Below are positions 30,677 through 42,502 of a DNA stretch of 64,000 nucleotides, one piece after another. The stretch lies in NCBI RefSeq assembly GCF_003018115.1, contig NZ_CP027457.1; one strand, written 5' to 3'. The stretch's first letter is position 1. Each line of letters begins with the position of its first letter. The translations under genes and the position numbers were made by a program. The DNA is from Escherichia coli (lineage in GTDB: Bacteria; Pseudomonadota; Gammaproteobacteria; Enterobacterales; Enterobacteriaceae). Below the pieces are notes generated by a model. It made no database searches, was not told the origin of the DNA, and worked only from the letters and a program-made list of their open reading frames with translations.

Positions 30677-30742
30677 TCAAATTTCTTCAATTTACTGCAG
30701 ACTGCACAATCTATCATCACTTTGCCGATATTGCACGCATTG

Positions 30743-31450
30743 TCAGGCAAGCCAGGCGGTCCAGGCGGCGGAAAGCGGCATTGCCAGAAGGAGTGCTGGA
30801 AGCATGTTGACCACCGGGAACATTTTAATGCCACAGATGCGTAATCCGGTTGCCAGCAGCAATAAACCGCCTACGGCGCTGAAGTCTGCCATCATCGACG
30901 GTGTGGTCAGCGGTAATATCAGCGCGGCAGCCCACGCCAGCGTTAACTGGATGATCAGTAATGGGATACTAATCACCGATACCGCAATACCCAGCGAGCA
31001 GGCGAAGATCATCGCCGTAAAGAAATCAAGAAATGACTTGGCGATTAAAATACTCGGATCGCCGGTCATCCCTTCGTTCATCGCCCCGAAGATCCCGGTG
31101 CCGCTGGCGCAAAACAGGACAATAATCGCGACAAAATTCTGAATGAAAGATTCATGCGCTGGCTTCTTACGTGAGTGACGAAACAGATTTTGTGCTTTGG
31201 CGACCGCTGTATTGACGCCTTTTTCCAGCAGACAAATTTCGCCGATTAATGCTCCGAGTAAGGTTGCTAAAACCATCGCTGGAAGGTTGGCGCATTTCAC
31301 CACCAGTAAAATACCAATCCCCAGCGATGCCAGACCAAAAATTGATGTCATGGAGACGCGGATACGTTCCGGTAAGCGTTGGCTAAGCAGTGCACCGAGC
31401 ATGCCACCCAGTAATATTGCACTTGCGTTGATAAAAGGGCCGATGACCAC
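30743..31450 (-). CDS. yqgA: YqgA, DUF554 inner-membrane protein (235 aa)
   Basis: ORF track; polytopic membrane protein; position between pheV and speC. Confidence 0.85.
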   Translation of the reverse strand: MVIGPFINASAILLGGMLGALLSQRLPERIRVSMTSIFGLASLGIGILLVVKCANLPAMVLATLLGALIGEICLLEKGVNTAVAKAQNLFRHSRKKPAHESFIQNFVAIIVLFCASGTGIFGAMNEGMTGDPSILIAKSFLDFFTAMIFACSLGIAVSVISIPLLIIQLTLAWAAALILPLTTPSMMADFSAVGGLLLLATGLRICGIKMFPVVNMLPALLLAMPLSAAWTAWLA

Positions 31451-31847
31451 AAGAGTTCCTGTTAACTGTATTGTTTGATTTTCTTATTATGAACTTTTTG
31501 CCTTGTTGATGGCTTGTCTGGTCGCAAAGTCCTGGCTTGCACGTCTTAGCGAAAGGTGCCATGATTGCGCGAATTTTCTCCTCTCTGTACGGAGTTTGCC
31601 CGATGCACGCCATCTCCTTACATTCTCTCGCTTATCGCCGTTTCGCGCGAAACGTTTCCCTTTCTATGTTACTGCTCATGCGGTGAAGTTAACGCACGCT
31701 CACTGCAGGACAACAGTAAAATCAGAGCGTTTCTGCTTTTACTGATGTCTGGCGGTCGGAGCTGGTGACCAGTTTGACCCATATCTCATGGGGCAGGGTT
31801 TTACACCTTGTCCGGTATTCTTACTTCCCCGAAACGGGTTTGCGCTT

Positions 31848-33983
31848 ATGAAATCAATGAATATTGCCGCCAGTAGTGAACTGGTATCCCGACTTTCTAC
31901 TCATCGCCGCGTGGTGGCGTTGGGAGATACTGATTTTACGGACGTCGCGGCAGTCGTCATTACCGCTGCGGATAGTCGCAGTGGCATTCTTGCGTTGCTT
32001 AAGCGCACCGGTTTTCATCTACCGGTGTTTTTGTATTCCGAACATGCTGTTGAATTACCTGCGGGCGTTACGGCGGTAATCAACGGCAACGAGCAGCAGT
32101 GGCTGGAGCTGGAATCCGCAGCCTGTCAGTATGAAGAGAATTTGCTGCCACCGTTTTATGACACGCTGACGCAGTACGTTGAGATGGGCAACAGCACCTT
32201 TGCTTGCCCTGGACATCAACATGGTGCGTTTTTTAAAAAGCATCCTGCCGGACGCCATTTTTACGATTTCTTTGGTGAGAACGTCTTTCGCGCCGATATG
32301 TGTAATGCTGACGTAAAATTGGGCGATCTGCTTATTCATGAAGGATCGGCGAAAGATGCGCAGAAATTCGCAGCCAAAGTCTTTCATGCCGATAAAACCT
32401 ATTTTGTGCTGAACGGCACATCGGCAGCGAATAAAGTGGTGACGAATGCGCTGTTAACGCGTGGCGATCTGGTGCTCTTCGACCGTAACAACCATAAGTC
32501 GAATCATCACGGCGCGCTGATTCAGGCGGGGGCGACGCCGGTCTATCTGGAAGCTTCACGTAACCCGTTTGGTTTCATTGGCGGTATTGATGCGCACTGT
32601 TTTAATGAAGAGTATCTGCGCCAGCAAATTCGCGACGTTGCGCCAGAAAAAGCTGAGTTGCCGCGCCCGTTTCGCCTGGCGATTATTCAGCTGGGAACCT
32701 ATGACGGCACTGTCTATAACGCCCGTCAGGTGATCGATACCGTTGGGCATCTGTGTGATTACATTCTGTTTGATTCCGCGTGGGTCGGTTATGAACAATT
32801 TATCCCGATGATGGCGGATAGCTCGCCGCTGCTGTTAGAACTTAACGAAAACGATCCGGGGATTTTTGTGACCCAGTCGGTGCACAAACAGCAGGCTGGA
32901 TTCTCACAGACGTCGCAGATCCATAAAAAAGATAACCATATCCGCGGACAGGCGCGTTTTTGCCCGCATAAGCGGTTGAATAACGCCTTTATGCTCCATG
33001 CTTCTACCAGCCCTTTCTATCCGCTGTTTGCTGCACTGGATGTTAACGCCAAAATTCATGAAGGGGAGAGTGGGCGTCGGCTGTGGGCTGAGTGCGTTGA
33101 GTTGGGTATTGAGTCGCGCAAGGCTATTCTTGCGCGCTGTAAGCTGTTCCGCCCGTTTATCCCGCCCGTTGTTGATGGCAAATTGTGGCAGGATTATCCG
33201 ACATCAGTGTTAGCCAGCGACCGCCGTTTTTTCAGTTTTGAGCCGGGGGCGAAGTGGCACGGCTTTGAAGGATATGCCGCGGATCAGTATTTTGTTGATC
33301 CGTGCAAGCTGTTACTCACTACACCAGGTATCGATGCCGAAACCGGCGAATATAGCGACTTTGGCGTTCCGGCGACGATTCTGGCGCACTATCTGCGTGA
33401 GAACGGCATTGTGCCGGAGAAGTGCGATCTCAACTCCATTCTGTTCTTATTAACTCCGGCGGAAAGCCACGAGAAGCTGGCACAACTGGTGGCGATGCTG
33501 GCGCAATTTGAACAGCATATTGAGGATGACTTGCCGCTGGTTGAGGTGTTGCCGAGCGTTTATAACAAATATCCGGTGCGCTATCGCGACTACACCCTGC
33601 GCCAGTTGTGTCAGGAGATGCACGATCTGTATGTCAGTTTCGACGTCAAAGACCTACAAAAAGCGATGTTCCGCCAGCAGAGTTTCCCGTCAGTGGTGAT
33701 GAACCCCCAGGATGCGCATAGCGCTTATATTCGCGGTGACGTGGAGTTGGTGCGGATTCGTGATGCCGAAGGGCGAATTGCGGCAGAAGGGGCGTTGCCT
33801 TATCCACCTGGCGTGCTTTGCGTGGTACCCGGGGAAGTCTGGGGTGGGGCGGTTCAACGTTATTTCCTTGCACTGGAAGAAGGGGTGAATTTGTTGCCGG
33901 GATTTTCGCCGGAGCTGCAAGGTGTTTATAGCGAAACCGATGCGGATGGCATGAAACGGTTGTACGGTTATGTGTTGAAGTAA
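31848..33983 (+). CDS. speC: Ornithine decarboxylase, constitutive (SpeC, 711 aa)
   Basis: ORF track 31788..33983 trimmed to ATG 31848 (MKSMNIAASSELVSRL); fold-I PLP decarboxylase sequence. Confidence 0.95.
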   Translation: MKSMNIAASSELVSRLSTHRRVVALGDTDFTDVAAVVITAADSRSGILALLKRTGFHLPVFLYSEHAVELPAGVTAVINGNEQQWLELESAACQYEENLLPPFYDTLTQYVEMGNSTFACPGHQHGAFFKKHPAGRHFYDFFGENVFRADMCNADVKLGDLLIHEGSAKDAQKFAAKVFHADKTYFVLNGTSAANKVVTNALLTRGDLVLFDRNNHKSNHHGALIQAGATPVYLEASRNPFGFIGGIDAHCFNEEYLRQQIRDVAPEKAELPRPFRLAIIQLGTYDGTVYNARQVIDTVGHLCDYILFDSAWVGYEQFIPMMADSSPLLLELNENDPGIFVTQSVHKQQAGFSQTSQIHKKDNHIRGQARFCPHKRLNNAFMLHASTSPFYPLFAALDVNAKIHEGESGRRLWAECVELGIESRKAILARCKLFRPFIPPVVDGKLWQDYPTSVLASDRRFFSFEPGAKWHGFEGYAADQYFVDPCKLLLTTPGIDAETGEYSDFGVPATILAHYLRENGIVPEKCDLNSILFLLTPAESHEKLAQLVAMLAQFEQHIEDDLPLVEVLPSVYNKYPVRYRDYTLRQLCQEMHDLYVSFDVKDLQKAMFRQQSFPSVVMNPQDAHSAYIRGDVELVRIRDAEGRIAAEGALPYPPGVLCVVPGEVWGGAVQRYFLALEEGVNLLPGFSPELQGVYSETDADGMKRLYGYVLK

Positions 33984-33987
33984 GAAT

Positions 33988-34025
33988 AAAAAAAACGGGT
34001 CGCCTTCTGGCGACCCGTTTTTCTT
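33988..34025. terminator. Bidirectional rho-independent terminator between convergent speC and nupG
   Basis: Stem ACGGGTCGCC / GGCGACCCGT with a 4-nt loop, flanked by an A-run and a T-run. Confidence 0.75.
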
Positions 34026-34032
34026 TGCGTAA

Positions 34033-35289
34033 TTAGTGGCTAACCGTCTGTGTACCTGTCGGGACACGAACGTGTTTATATTTGAACATCGCCATGAACG
34101 CGAAGGCCAGAACCACGGAGTAACCAGCGAAAATCAACCATACGGTCTGCCAGTCGGTAATGCCGTTTTGGGTGTACATCTCAACCACTTTACCGCTCAC
34201 GATGCCGCCGAGGATACAGCCGAAGCCGTTGGTCATCATCAGGAACATCCCTTGCGCACTGGCGCGAATCGCCGGGCTAACTTCTTTTTCGACAAACACC
34301 GAACCAGAGATGTTGAAGAAGTCGAACGCACAGCCGTAAACAATCATCGACAGAACCAGCAGTACGGTGCCGAACGGAGTCGGGTCGCCGTAAGCAAACA
34401 GCGCAAAACGCAGGATCCACGCCACGATACTGATCATCATTACGTTCTTAATGCCGTAGCGGCTTAAGAAGAACGGGATGGTCAGAATGAACAGGGTTTC
34501 AGAGATCTGCGAAATCGACATGATGATTGACGCATGCTGCACAATAAAGCTGCTGGCAAACATCGGATCTTTGTCGAAGCTGTGCAGGAAGGTATTACCG
34601 AACATGTTGGTAATCTGCAGTTCCGCGCCCAGCAGCATTGAGAAGATGAAGAAGATTGCCATACGCTTGTTTTTAAACAGCGCGAATGCATCGAGGCCCA
34701 GCAGGGTTGTCCAGCTCTGATTCGCTTGCTGTTTAGCAACCGGAATATGCGGCAGAGTCAGGGTAAACAGAACCAGAATGGCGGAAAGTGCTGCGCCAAT
34801 ATACAGCTGCATGTGGCTTAATTCGAAGCCAGACAGGCTCACCACCCACATTGCCATGATAAAGCCGATGGTGCCCCAGATACGGATTGGCGGGAAGTCA
34901 GTAACGATATCCATCCCGGCATTTTGCAGGCGATAGTAAGAGATGGTGTTGATTAACCCAAGCGTTGGCATATAAGCAAACGAGTTAATCAATATCACAA
35001 GGAACATCGCTTCCGGCGTCGTGACCTGTGCCGCCATGAACAGCGTGATAGCGCCAATGGTGTGGCAAATGGCATATACCCATTTCGCACTTAACCATTT
35101 GTCGGCCACAATCCCCAGCAGCGCAGGCATAAAGACCGCGGCGATACCCAGTGAGCTATAAACTGCGCCAATAGAAGCACCGTCAAACTTCAGGGTAACA
35201 AACATATAGGAACCGAGGGTCGTCAGCCAACTTCCCCACAGACAGAACTGCAGAAAAGAGAGGATTTTCAGCTGCAGCTTAAGATTCAT
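34033..35289 (-). CDS. nupG: Nucleoside:H+ symporter NupG (MFS, 418 aa)
   Basis: ORF track 34033..35337 trimmed to the Met of MNLKLQLKILSFLQF. Confidence 0.9.
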   Translation of the reverse strand: MNLKLQLKILSFLQFCLWGSWLTTLGSYMFVTLKFDGASIGAVYSSLGIAAVFMPALLGIVADKWLSAKWVYAICHTIGAITLFMAAQVTTPEAMFLVILINSFAYMPTLGLINTISYYRLQNAGMDIVTDFPPIRIWGTIGFIMAMWVVSLSGFELSHMQLYIGAALSAILVLFTLTLPHIPVAKQQANQSWTTLLGLDAFALFKNKRMAIFFIFSMLLGAELQITNMFGNTFLHSFDKDPMFASSFIVQHASIIMSISQISETLFILTIPFFLSRYGIKNVMMISIVAWILRFALFAYGDPTPFGTVLLVLSMIVYGCAFDFFNISGSVFVEKEVSPAIRASAQGMFLMMTNGFGCILGGIVSGKVVEMYTQNGITDWQTVWLIFAGYSVVLAFAFMAMFKYKHVRVPTGTQTVSH

Positions 35290-35490
35290 GTTAATTTCCT
35301 CACATCGTGATGCGGATGAGTGTTTGAAAAAGCACATTTGACCGTGCGAGATGATGGGATTCTATCAACTTCGCGGACTGGTTTTTTGTTACCTGTGGCA
35401 AATAATTGCAAACATTCCCAATTTGCAAAACGAAATTGTGATGTGGATAACATTTTTACCCCTGAGCATCGTCAGGGGCGGTTAATGGAA

Positions 35491-36597
<1,107 letters not shown>

Positions 36598-36634
36598 TTA
36601 TGCAAGTTGCCGGAGGCGTGCTCCGGCACTGTTT

Positions 36635-36913
<279 letters not shown>

Positions 36914-36937
36914 TCATCCTCTTTATCGACTCACGCG

Positions 36938-37990
36938 CTAAACCGGCGCGCCAGTGCGTAACTGCTGTAACAAACGCTCCACGGGAGCCGCCAGGCCAAC
37001 TGACGGCGGTTGCGCTAAGTTATACCAGAGCGCATTGCCTTCATCCATGCAGCCGGTGAATGACGACACGGGAAGCCACATAGGCACAATATCTAAGTGG
37101 AAATGGCTGAAGGTATGCCGAAACGCGGTCAGCTGCGTCAGGTTATCGGCAGCAATCTGCCGTTGCGCCAGCCACTGCCGCAAACTTTCTTCGTCGGCAA
37201 ACTGCGGGAAACAGTATAAACCGCCCCACAATCCGCTCGGCGGACGCTGCGCCAGCAATACTTCATCTTCGTGCTGTAACAGGAGTAAGTAGCCGGTGCG
37301 CTCCGGCAGCGTCTGTTTCGGTTTTTTGCCCGGATAAAGCGACCAGCTATTGTTGGTGGCGGCAATACATCCGTTTTGTAGCGGACAGAGCGAACATTTC
37401 GGCTTCGAACGCGTGCAAATCATCGCGCCCAAATCCATCATCGCCTGATTAAACCGTTCCACGCCGACCGCGGGCGTCACCTGCTCGCTTAAACTCCATA
37501 ATTTATTCTCGACCTCTTTTTTCCCAGGCCAGCCGCTTACAGCATAGCAGCGCGCCAGCACCCGTTTGACGTTACCGTCGAGAATCGGAAAGTGCTTACC
37601 CAGAGAAAGCGAGAGAATCGCGCCTGCGGTGGAACGCCCGACGCCCGGCAGTGCTGCAACTTCCTCAAAGGTTTCCGGGAATTTACCGCCGTGTAAGGTC
37701 GCCACTTGTTGTGCCGCTTTATGCAGATTGCGCGCGCGGGCGTAATAGCCAAGCCCGGTCCACAAGTGGAGAACTTCGTCGAGCGGCGCATTGGCGAGAT
37801 CGGTCACCGTCGGGAAGCGCGCCATAAAGCGTTCAAAATAGGGGATAACGGTCGCAACCTGAGTTTGTTGCAACATCACTTCTGAGAGCCATACTTTGTA
37901 GGGCGTCTTGTCAATTTGCCAGGGCAGAGTTTTTCGCCCGTATTTATCGTACCAGTCCAGAACCTGGGCTGAAAATTGCGACGCTTGCAT
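36938..37990 (-). CDS. mutY: Adenine DNA glycosylase MutY (350 aa)
   Basis: ORF track 36938..38005 trimmed to the Met of [14 protein letters not shown]; HhH-GPD fold with a C-terminal 4Fe-4S cysteine cluster. Confidence 0.9.
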   Translation of the reverse strand: MQASQFSAQVLDWYDKYGRKTLPWQIDKTPYKVWLSEVMLQQTQVATVIPYFERFMARFPTVTDLANAPLDEVLHLWTGLGYYARARNLHKAAQQVATLHGGKFPETFEEVAALPGVGRSTAGAILSLSLGKHFPILDGNVKRVLARCYAVSGWPGKKEVENKLWSLSEQVTPAVGVERFNQAMMDLGAMICTRSKPKCSLCPLQNGCIAATNNSWSLYPGKKPKQTLPERTGYLLLLQHEDEVLLAQRPPSGLWGGLYCFPQFADEESLRQWLAQRQIAADNLTQLTAFRHTFSHFHLDIVPMWLPVSSFTGCMDEGNALWYNLAQPPSVGLAAPVERLLQQLRTGAPV

Positions 37991-38150
37991 GGTCACCGAA
38001 TTCACTGTTGTTGGGGGTAAGATTGCAGCACAGCGACGGCAGGGTGTAAACCGGAACTTTCCGCAGCCACGGCCTTATCATGCTTGCATCCGGCAACTAA
38101 CTTTGGATAATGCCCGTTTTCAGAACACTTTCACAAGCGACTAAATCTTT

Positions 38151-38870
38151 ATGAAAAACGACGTCATTTCACCGGAATTTGATGAAAACGGCCGCCCACT
38201 GCGCCGTATCCGTAGTTTTGTGCGCCGCCAGGGGCGACTGACCAAAGGCCAGGAACATGCGCTGGAAAACTACTGGCCGGTGATGGGCGTTGAGTTCAGC
38301 GAAGATATGCTGGATTTCCCCGCGCTTTTTGGCCGTGAAGCGCCGGTGACGCTTGAGATTGGTTTTGGCATGGGGGCGTCGCTGGTGGCAATGGCTAAAG
38401 ATCGCCCCGAGCAGGACTTCCTCGGCATCGAAGTGCATTCACCGGGCGTTGGTGCGTGCCTGGCTTCTGCGCATGAAGAGGGCTTAAGCAACCTGCGCGT
38501 GATGTGTCACGATGCGGTTGAAGTGCTGCATAAAATGATTCCTGACAATTCATTGCGCATGGTGCAGCTCTTTTTCCCTGACCCGTGGCACAAAGCGCGC
38601 CATAATAAACGCCGTATCGTTCAGGTGCCGTTTGCCGAACTGGTAAAAAGCAAACTGCAGCTGGGGGGCGTATTCCATATGGCGACCGACTGGGAACCTT
38701 ATGCGGAACATATGCTTGAAGTGATGTCTTCTATTGACGGTTATAAAAACCTGTCAGAGAGCAATGATTACGTACCGCGTCCGGCATCACGTCCGGTGAC
38801 GAAATTTGAACAACGTGGTCATCGTCTTGGTCACGGAGTATGGGACTTAATGTTCGAGAGGGTGAAATAA
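38151..38870 (+). CDS. trmB: tRNA (guanine46-N7)-methyltransferase TrmB (239 aa)
   Basis: ORF track; SAM-dependent methyltransferase sequence; divergent from mutY. Confidence 0.9.
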   Translation: MKNDVISPEFDENGRPLRRIRSFVRRQGRLTKGQEHALENYWPVMGVEFSEDMLDFPALFGREAPVTLEIGFGMGASLVAMAKDRPEQDFLGIEVHSPGVGACLASAHEEGLSNLRVMCHDAVEVLHKMIPDNSLRMVQLFFPDPWHKARHNKRRIVQVPFAELVKSKLQLGGVFHMATDWEPYAEHMLEVMSSIDGYKNLSESNDYVPRPASRPVTKFEQRGHRLGHGVWDLMFERVK

Positions 38871-39196
38871 TGGCAAAGAACCGTAGCCGTCGTCTGCGTA
38901 AAAAAATGCACATCGACGAATTCCAGGAATTAGGATTTTCGGTGGCATGGCGATTCCCGGAAGGTACATCGGAAGAACAGATTGATAAAACCGTTGATGA
39001 TTTTATTAACGAGGTTATCGAACCGAACAAACTGGCCTTTGACGGCAGCGGTTATCTGGCCTGGGAAGGTCTGATCTGCATGCAGGAAATCGGCAAATGC
39101 ACCGAAGAACATCAGGCGATTGTGCGTAAGTGGCTGGAAGAGCGCAAACTGGATGAGGTACGCACCAGCGAACTTTTCGACGTTTGGTGGGACTAA
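38870..39196 (+). CDS. yggL: YggL (DUF469, 108 aa)
   Basis: ORF track 38840..39196 trimmed to ATG 38870, which overlaps the trmB stop (TAATG). Confidence 0.8.
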   Translation: MAKNRSRRLRKKMHIDEFQELGFSVAWRFPEGTSEEQIDKTVDDFINEVIEPNKLAFDGSGYLAWEGLICMQEIGKCTEEHQAIVRKWLEERKLDEVRTSELFDVWWD

Positions 39197-39228
39197 GAAA
39201 GCATACGGGCGATGACAAATGCAAAACT

Positions 39229-39310
39229 GCCTGATGCGCTACGCTTATCATGCCTACAAAGATGCACGATCGAGTAGGCGGGATAAGGCGTTTACGCCGC
39301 ATCCGGCATG
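39229..39310. repeat. REP/BIME element
   Basis: GCCTGATGCGCTACGCTTATCA ... GTAGGCGGGATAAGGCGTTTACGCCGCATCCGGCA palindromic units. Confidence 0.55.
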
Positions 39311-39379
39311 GAAAACGCGTACTTTGTTATCAATCTGGGGCCAGCAAATGCTGGCCTGATTTGTTCTTGAGGGAAGACT

Positions 39380-40099
39380 ATGATGCGCAAAATGCTGCTG
39401 GCGGCAGCACTTTCAGTGACGGCAATTACCGCTCACGCCGACTACCAGTGCAGCGTCACGCCGCGTGACGATGTGATTGTCAGCCCGCAAACCGTGCAGG
39501 TGAAGGGCGAAAACGGCAATCTGGTGATCACGCCAGACGGCAACGTGATGTATAACGGTAAGCAATATTCTCTGAATGCCGCCCAGCGCGAGCAGGCGAA
39601 GGATTATCAGGCTGAACTACGCAGCACACTGCCGTGGATTGATGAAGGCGCGAAAAGCCGCGTCGAAAAAGCCCGTATTGCTCTGGATAAAATTATCGTT
39701 CAGGAGATGGGCGAAAGCAGCAAAATGCGCAGCCGTCTGACCAAACTTGATGCGCAGCTGAAAGAGCAGATGAACCGCATTATCGAAACGCGCAGCGATG
39801 GCCTGACGTTTCACTATAAAGCCATTGATCAGGTTCGCGCCGAAGGCCAGCAATTAGTGAATCAGGCAATGGGTGGAATTTTACAGGACAGCATTAATGA
39901 AATGGGCGCGAAAGCGGTGCTGAAAAGCGGCGGCAACCCATTACAGAATGTGCTGGGAAGTCTGGGCGGTCTGCAATCCTCAATCCAAACCGAGTGGAAA
40001 AAGCAGGAAAAAGATTTCCAGCAGTTTGGCAAAGATGTTTGTAGCCGCGTTGTGACTCTGGAAGATAGCCGCAAAGCCCTGGTCGGGAATTTAAAATAA
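39380..40099 (+). CDS. yggN: YggN, periplasmic protein of unknown function (DUF2884-type, 239 aa)
   Basis: ORF track; N-terminal signal peptide. Confidence 0.85.
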   Translation: MMRKMLLAAALSVTAITAHADYQCSVTPRDDVIVSPQTVQVKGENGNLVITPDGNVMYNGKQYSLNAAQREQAKDYQAELRSTLPWIDEGAKSRVEKARIALDKIIVQEMGESSKMRSRLTKLDAQLKEQMNRIIETRSDGLTFHYKAIDQVRAEGQQLVNQAMGGILQDSINEMGAKAVLKSGGNPLQNVLGSLGGLQSSIQTEWKKQEKDFQQFGKDVCSRVVTLEDSRKALVGNLK

Positions 40100-40113
40100 T
40101 CCTCTATTTTAAG

Positions 40114-40141
40114 ACGGCATAATACTTTTTTATGCCGTTTA
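40114..40141 (+). terminator. Rho-independent terminator after yggN
   Basis: Stem ACGGCATAA / TTATGCCGT followed by a T-rich tract. Confidence 0.55.
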
Positions 40142-40274
40142 ATTCTTCGTTTTGTTACCTGCCTCTAACTTTGTAGATCTCCAAAATATATTCACGTTGT
40201 AAATTGTTTAACGTCAAATTTCCCATACAAAGCTAAGGGATAATGCGTAGCGTTCACGTAACTGGAGGAATGAA

Positions 40275-41321
40275 ATGGAGTTTTTCAAAAAGACGGCACT
40301 TGCCGCACTGGTTATGGGTTTTAGTGGTGCAGCATTGGCATTACCCAATATCACCATTTTAGCAACCGGCGGGACCATTGCCGGTGGTGGTGACTCCGCA
40401 ACCAAATCTAACTACACAGCGGGTAAAGTTGGCGTAGAAAATCTGGTTAATGCGGTGCCGCAACTGAAGGACATTGCGAACGTTAAAGGCGAGCAGGTAG
40501 TGAATATCGGCTCCCAGGACATGAACGATAATGTCTGGCTGACACTGGCGAAAAAAATTAACACCGACTGCGATAAGACCGACGGCTTCGTCATTACCCA
40601 CGGTACCGACACGATGGAAGAAACTGCTTACTTCCTCGACCTGACGGTGAAATGCGATAAGCCGGTGGTGATGGTCGGCGCAATGCGTCCGTCCACGTCT
40701 ATGAGCGCAGACGGTCCATTCAACCTGTATAACGCGGTAGTGACCGCAGCTGATAAAGCCTCCGCCAACCGTGGCGTGTTGGTAGTGATGAACGACACCG
40801 TGCTTGATGGCCGTGACGTCACCAAAACCAACACCACCGACGTAGCGACCTTCAAGTCTGTTAACTACGGTCCTCTGGGTTACATTCACAACGGTAAGAT
40901 TGATTACCAGCGTACCCCGGCACGTAAGCACACCAGCGACACGCCATTCGATGTCTCTAAGCTGAATGAACTGCCGAAAGTCGGCATTGTTTATAACTAC
41001 GCTAACGCATCCGATCTTCCGGCTAAAGCACTGGTAGATGCGGGCTATGATGGCATCGTGAGCGCTGGTGTGGGTAACGGCAACCTGTATAAAACCGTAT
41101 TTGACACCCTTGCGACCGCCGCGAAAAACGGCACTGCGGTCGTGCGTTCTTCCCGCGTACCGACGGGCGCTACCACTCAGGATGCCGAAGTGGATGATGC
41201 GAAATACGGCTTCGTCGCCTCTGGCACGTTGAACCCGCAAAAAGCGCGCGTTCTGCTGCAACTGGCTCTGACGCAAACCAAAGATCCGCAGCAGATCCAG
41301 CAGATCTTCAATCAGTACTAA
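40275..41321 (+). CDS. ansB: Periplasmic L-asparaginase II (348 aa)
   Basis: ORF track; signal peptide; catalytic N-terminal TGGTIAG threonine motif. Confidence 0.95.
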   Translation: MEFFKKTALAALVMGFSGAALALPNITILATGGTIAGGGDSATKSNYTAGKVGVENLVNAVPQLKDIANVKGEQVVNIGSQDMNDNVWLTLAKKINTDCDKTDGFVITHGTDTMEETAYFLDLTVKCDKPVVMVGAMRPSTSMSADGPFNLYNAVVTAADKASANRGVLVVMNDTVLDGRDVTKTNTTDVATFKSVNYGPLGYIHNGKIDYQRTPARKHTSDTPFDVSKLNELPKVGIVYNYANASDLPAKALVDAGYDGIVSAGVGNGNLYKTVFDTLATAAKNGTAVVRSSRVPTGATTQDAEVDDAKYGFVASGTLNPQKARVLLQLALTQTKDPQQIQQIFNQY

Positions 41322-41328
41322 TCACCTC

Positions 41329-41354
41329 GCCCCGGTATCGTGCCGGGGCTTTTT
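41329..41354 (+). terminator. Rho-independent terminator after ansB
   Basis: Stem GCCCCGG / CCGGGGC with loop TATCGTG, followed by TTTTT. Confidence 0.8.
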
Positions 41355-41437
41355 CACTTCAGACTTACTTCCATTGCCAATTTTTATTACCCTGATGATA
41401 ATCACCGGAATAAATTATTCCGCGCGAGGGTTTTCGG

Positions 41438-42445
41438 GTGAAAAAGCAATGGATTGTTGGCACGGCACTGCTTATGTTGATGACTGGTAATGTCTGGGCA
41501 GATGGCGAACCGCCAACTGAAAATATCTTAAAAGATCAATTCAAAAAGCAGTATCACGGCATTCTCAAGCTTGATGCCATCACCTTAAAAAATCTTGATG
41601 CTAAGGGTAATCAGGCCACCTGGTCAGCGGAAGGCGATGTCTCTTCCAGTGACGATCTCTATACCTGGGTCGGTCAGTTGGCAGATTACGAACTGCTGGA
41701 ACAGACCTGGACGAAAGATAAACCGGTAAAATTCTCGGCAATGTTAACCAGTAAAGGAACGCCCGCGTCTGGCTGGTCGGTGAACTTTTACTCTTTTCAG
41801 GCGGCAGCCAGCGATCGTGGTCGGGTGGTCGACGATATCAAAACGAATAATAAATACCTGATCGTGAATAGCGAAGATTTCAATTATCGTTTTAGTCAGC
41901 TTGAGTCAGCGTTGAATACCCAGAAGAACTCGATTCCTGCGCTGGAGAAGGAAGTGAAAGAGCTTGATAAGAAAATGGCAGCGGCGCAGAAAGCAGCGGA
42001 TGCATATTGGGGAAAAGATGCAAACGGCAAGCAAATGACCCGCGAAGACGCCTTTAAAAAAATTCACCAACAGCGTGATGAGTTTAATAAACAGAACGAT
42101 AGCGAGGCGTTCGCGGTTAAATATGACAAAGAGGTTTATCAACCGGCGATTGCGGCATGTCATAAACAGAGTGAAGAGTGTTATGAAGTGCCGATTCAGC
42201 AGAAACGAGATTTCGATATCAACGAACAACGGCGACAGACTTTTCTGCAATCACAAAAACTCAGCCGTAAATTGCAGGATGACTGGGTAACGCTCGAAAA
42301 AGGGCAATATCCGTTAACGATGAAAGTTTCAGAAATAAACAGTAAAAAAGTCGCGATTTTGATGAAAATTGACGATATCAACCAAGCTAATGAACGCTGG
42401 AAAAAAGATACCGAACAACTGCGGCGCAATGGGGTGATTAAGTAA
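41438..42445 (+). CDS. yggM: YggM, secreted/periplasmic protein of unknown function (335 aa)
   Basis: ORF track; GTG start with GAGGG upstream; signal peptide. Confidence 0.8.
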   Translation: MKKQWIVGTALLMLMTGNVWADGEPPTENILKDQFKKQYHGILKLDAITLKNLDAKGNQATWSAEGDVSSSDDLYTWVGQLADYELLEQTWTKDKPVKFSAMLTSKGTPASGWSVNFYSFQAAASDRGRVVDDIKTNNKYLIVNSEDFNYRFSQLESALNTQKNSIPALEKEVKELDKKMAAAQKAADAYWGKDANGKQMTREDAFKKIHQQRDEFNKQNDSEAFAVKYDKEVYQPAIAACHKQSEECYEVPIQQKRDFDINEQRRQTFLQSQKLSRKLQDDWVTLEKGQYPLTMKVSEINSKKVAILMKIDDINQANERWKKDTEQLRRNGVIK

Positions 42446-42459
42446 GTTTGATATAGTGC

Positions 42460-42502
42460 CTTTGCCGGATAATATAAAAAGTTATCCGGCAAATTATTTT
42501 TT
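42460..42502. terminator. Bidirectional terminator between yggM and the TRAP operon
   Basis: Stem TTGCCGGATAA / TTATCCGGCAA, flanked by A-rich and T-rich runs. Confidence 0.65.

Noticed and set aside
30414..30742. Genomic island integrated at pheV
   Set aside because: No integrase, no tRNA 3'-end direct repeat and no foreign block; the tRNA is flanked directly by its terminator and core genes.
40359..41276. 305-aa minus-strand ORF antisense to ansB
   Set aside because: ansB is unambiguous (signal peptide, catalytic motif, own terminator); the antisense ORF is a chance open frame.
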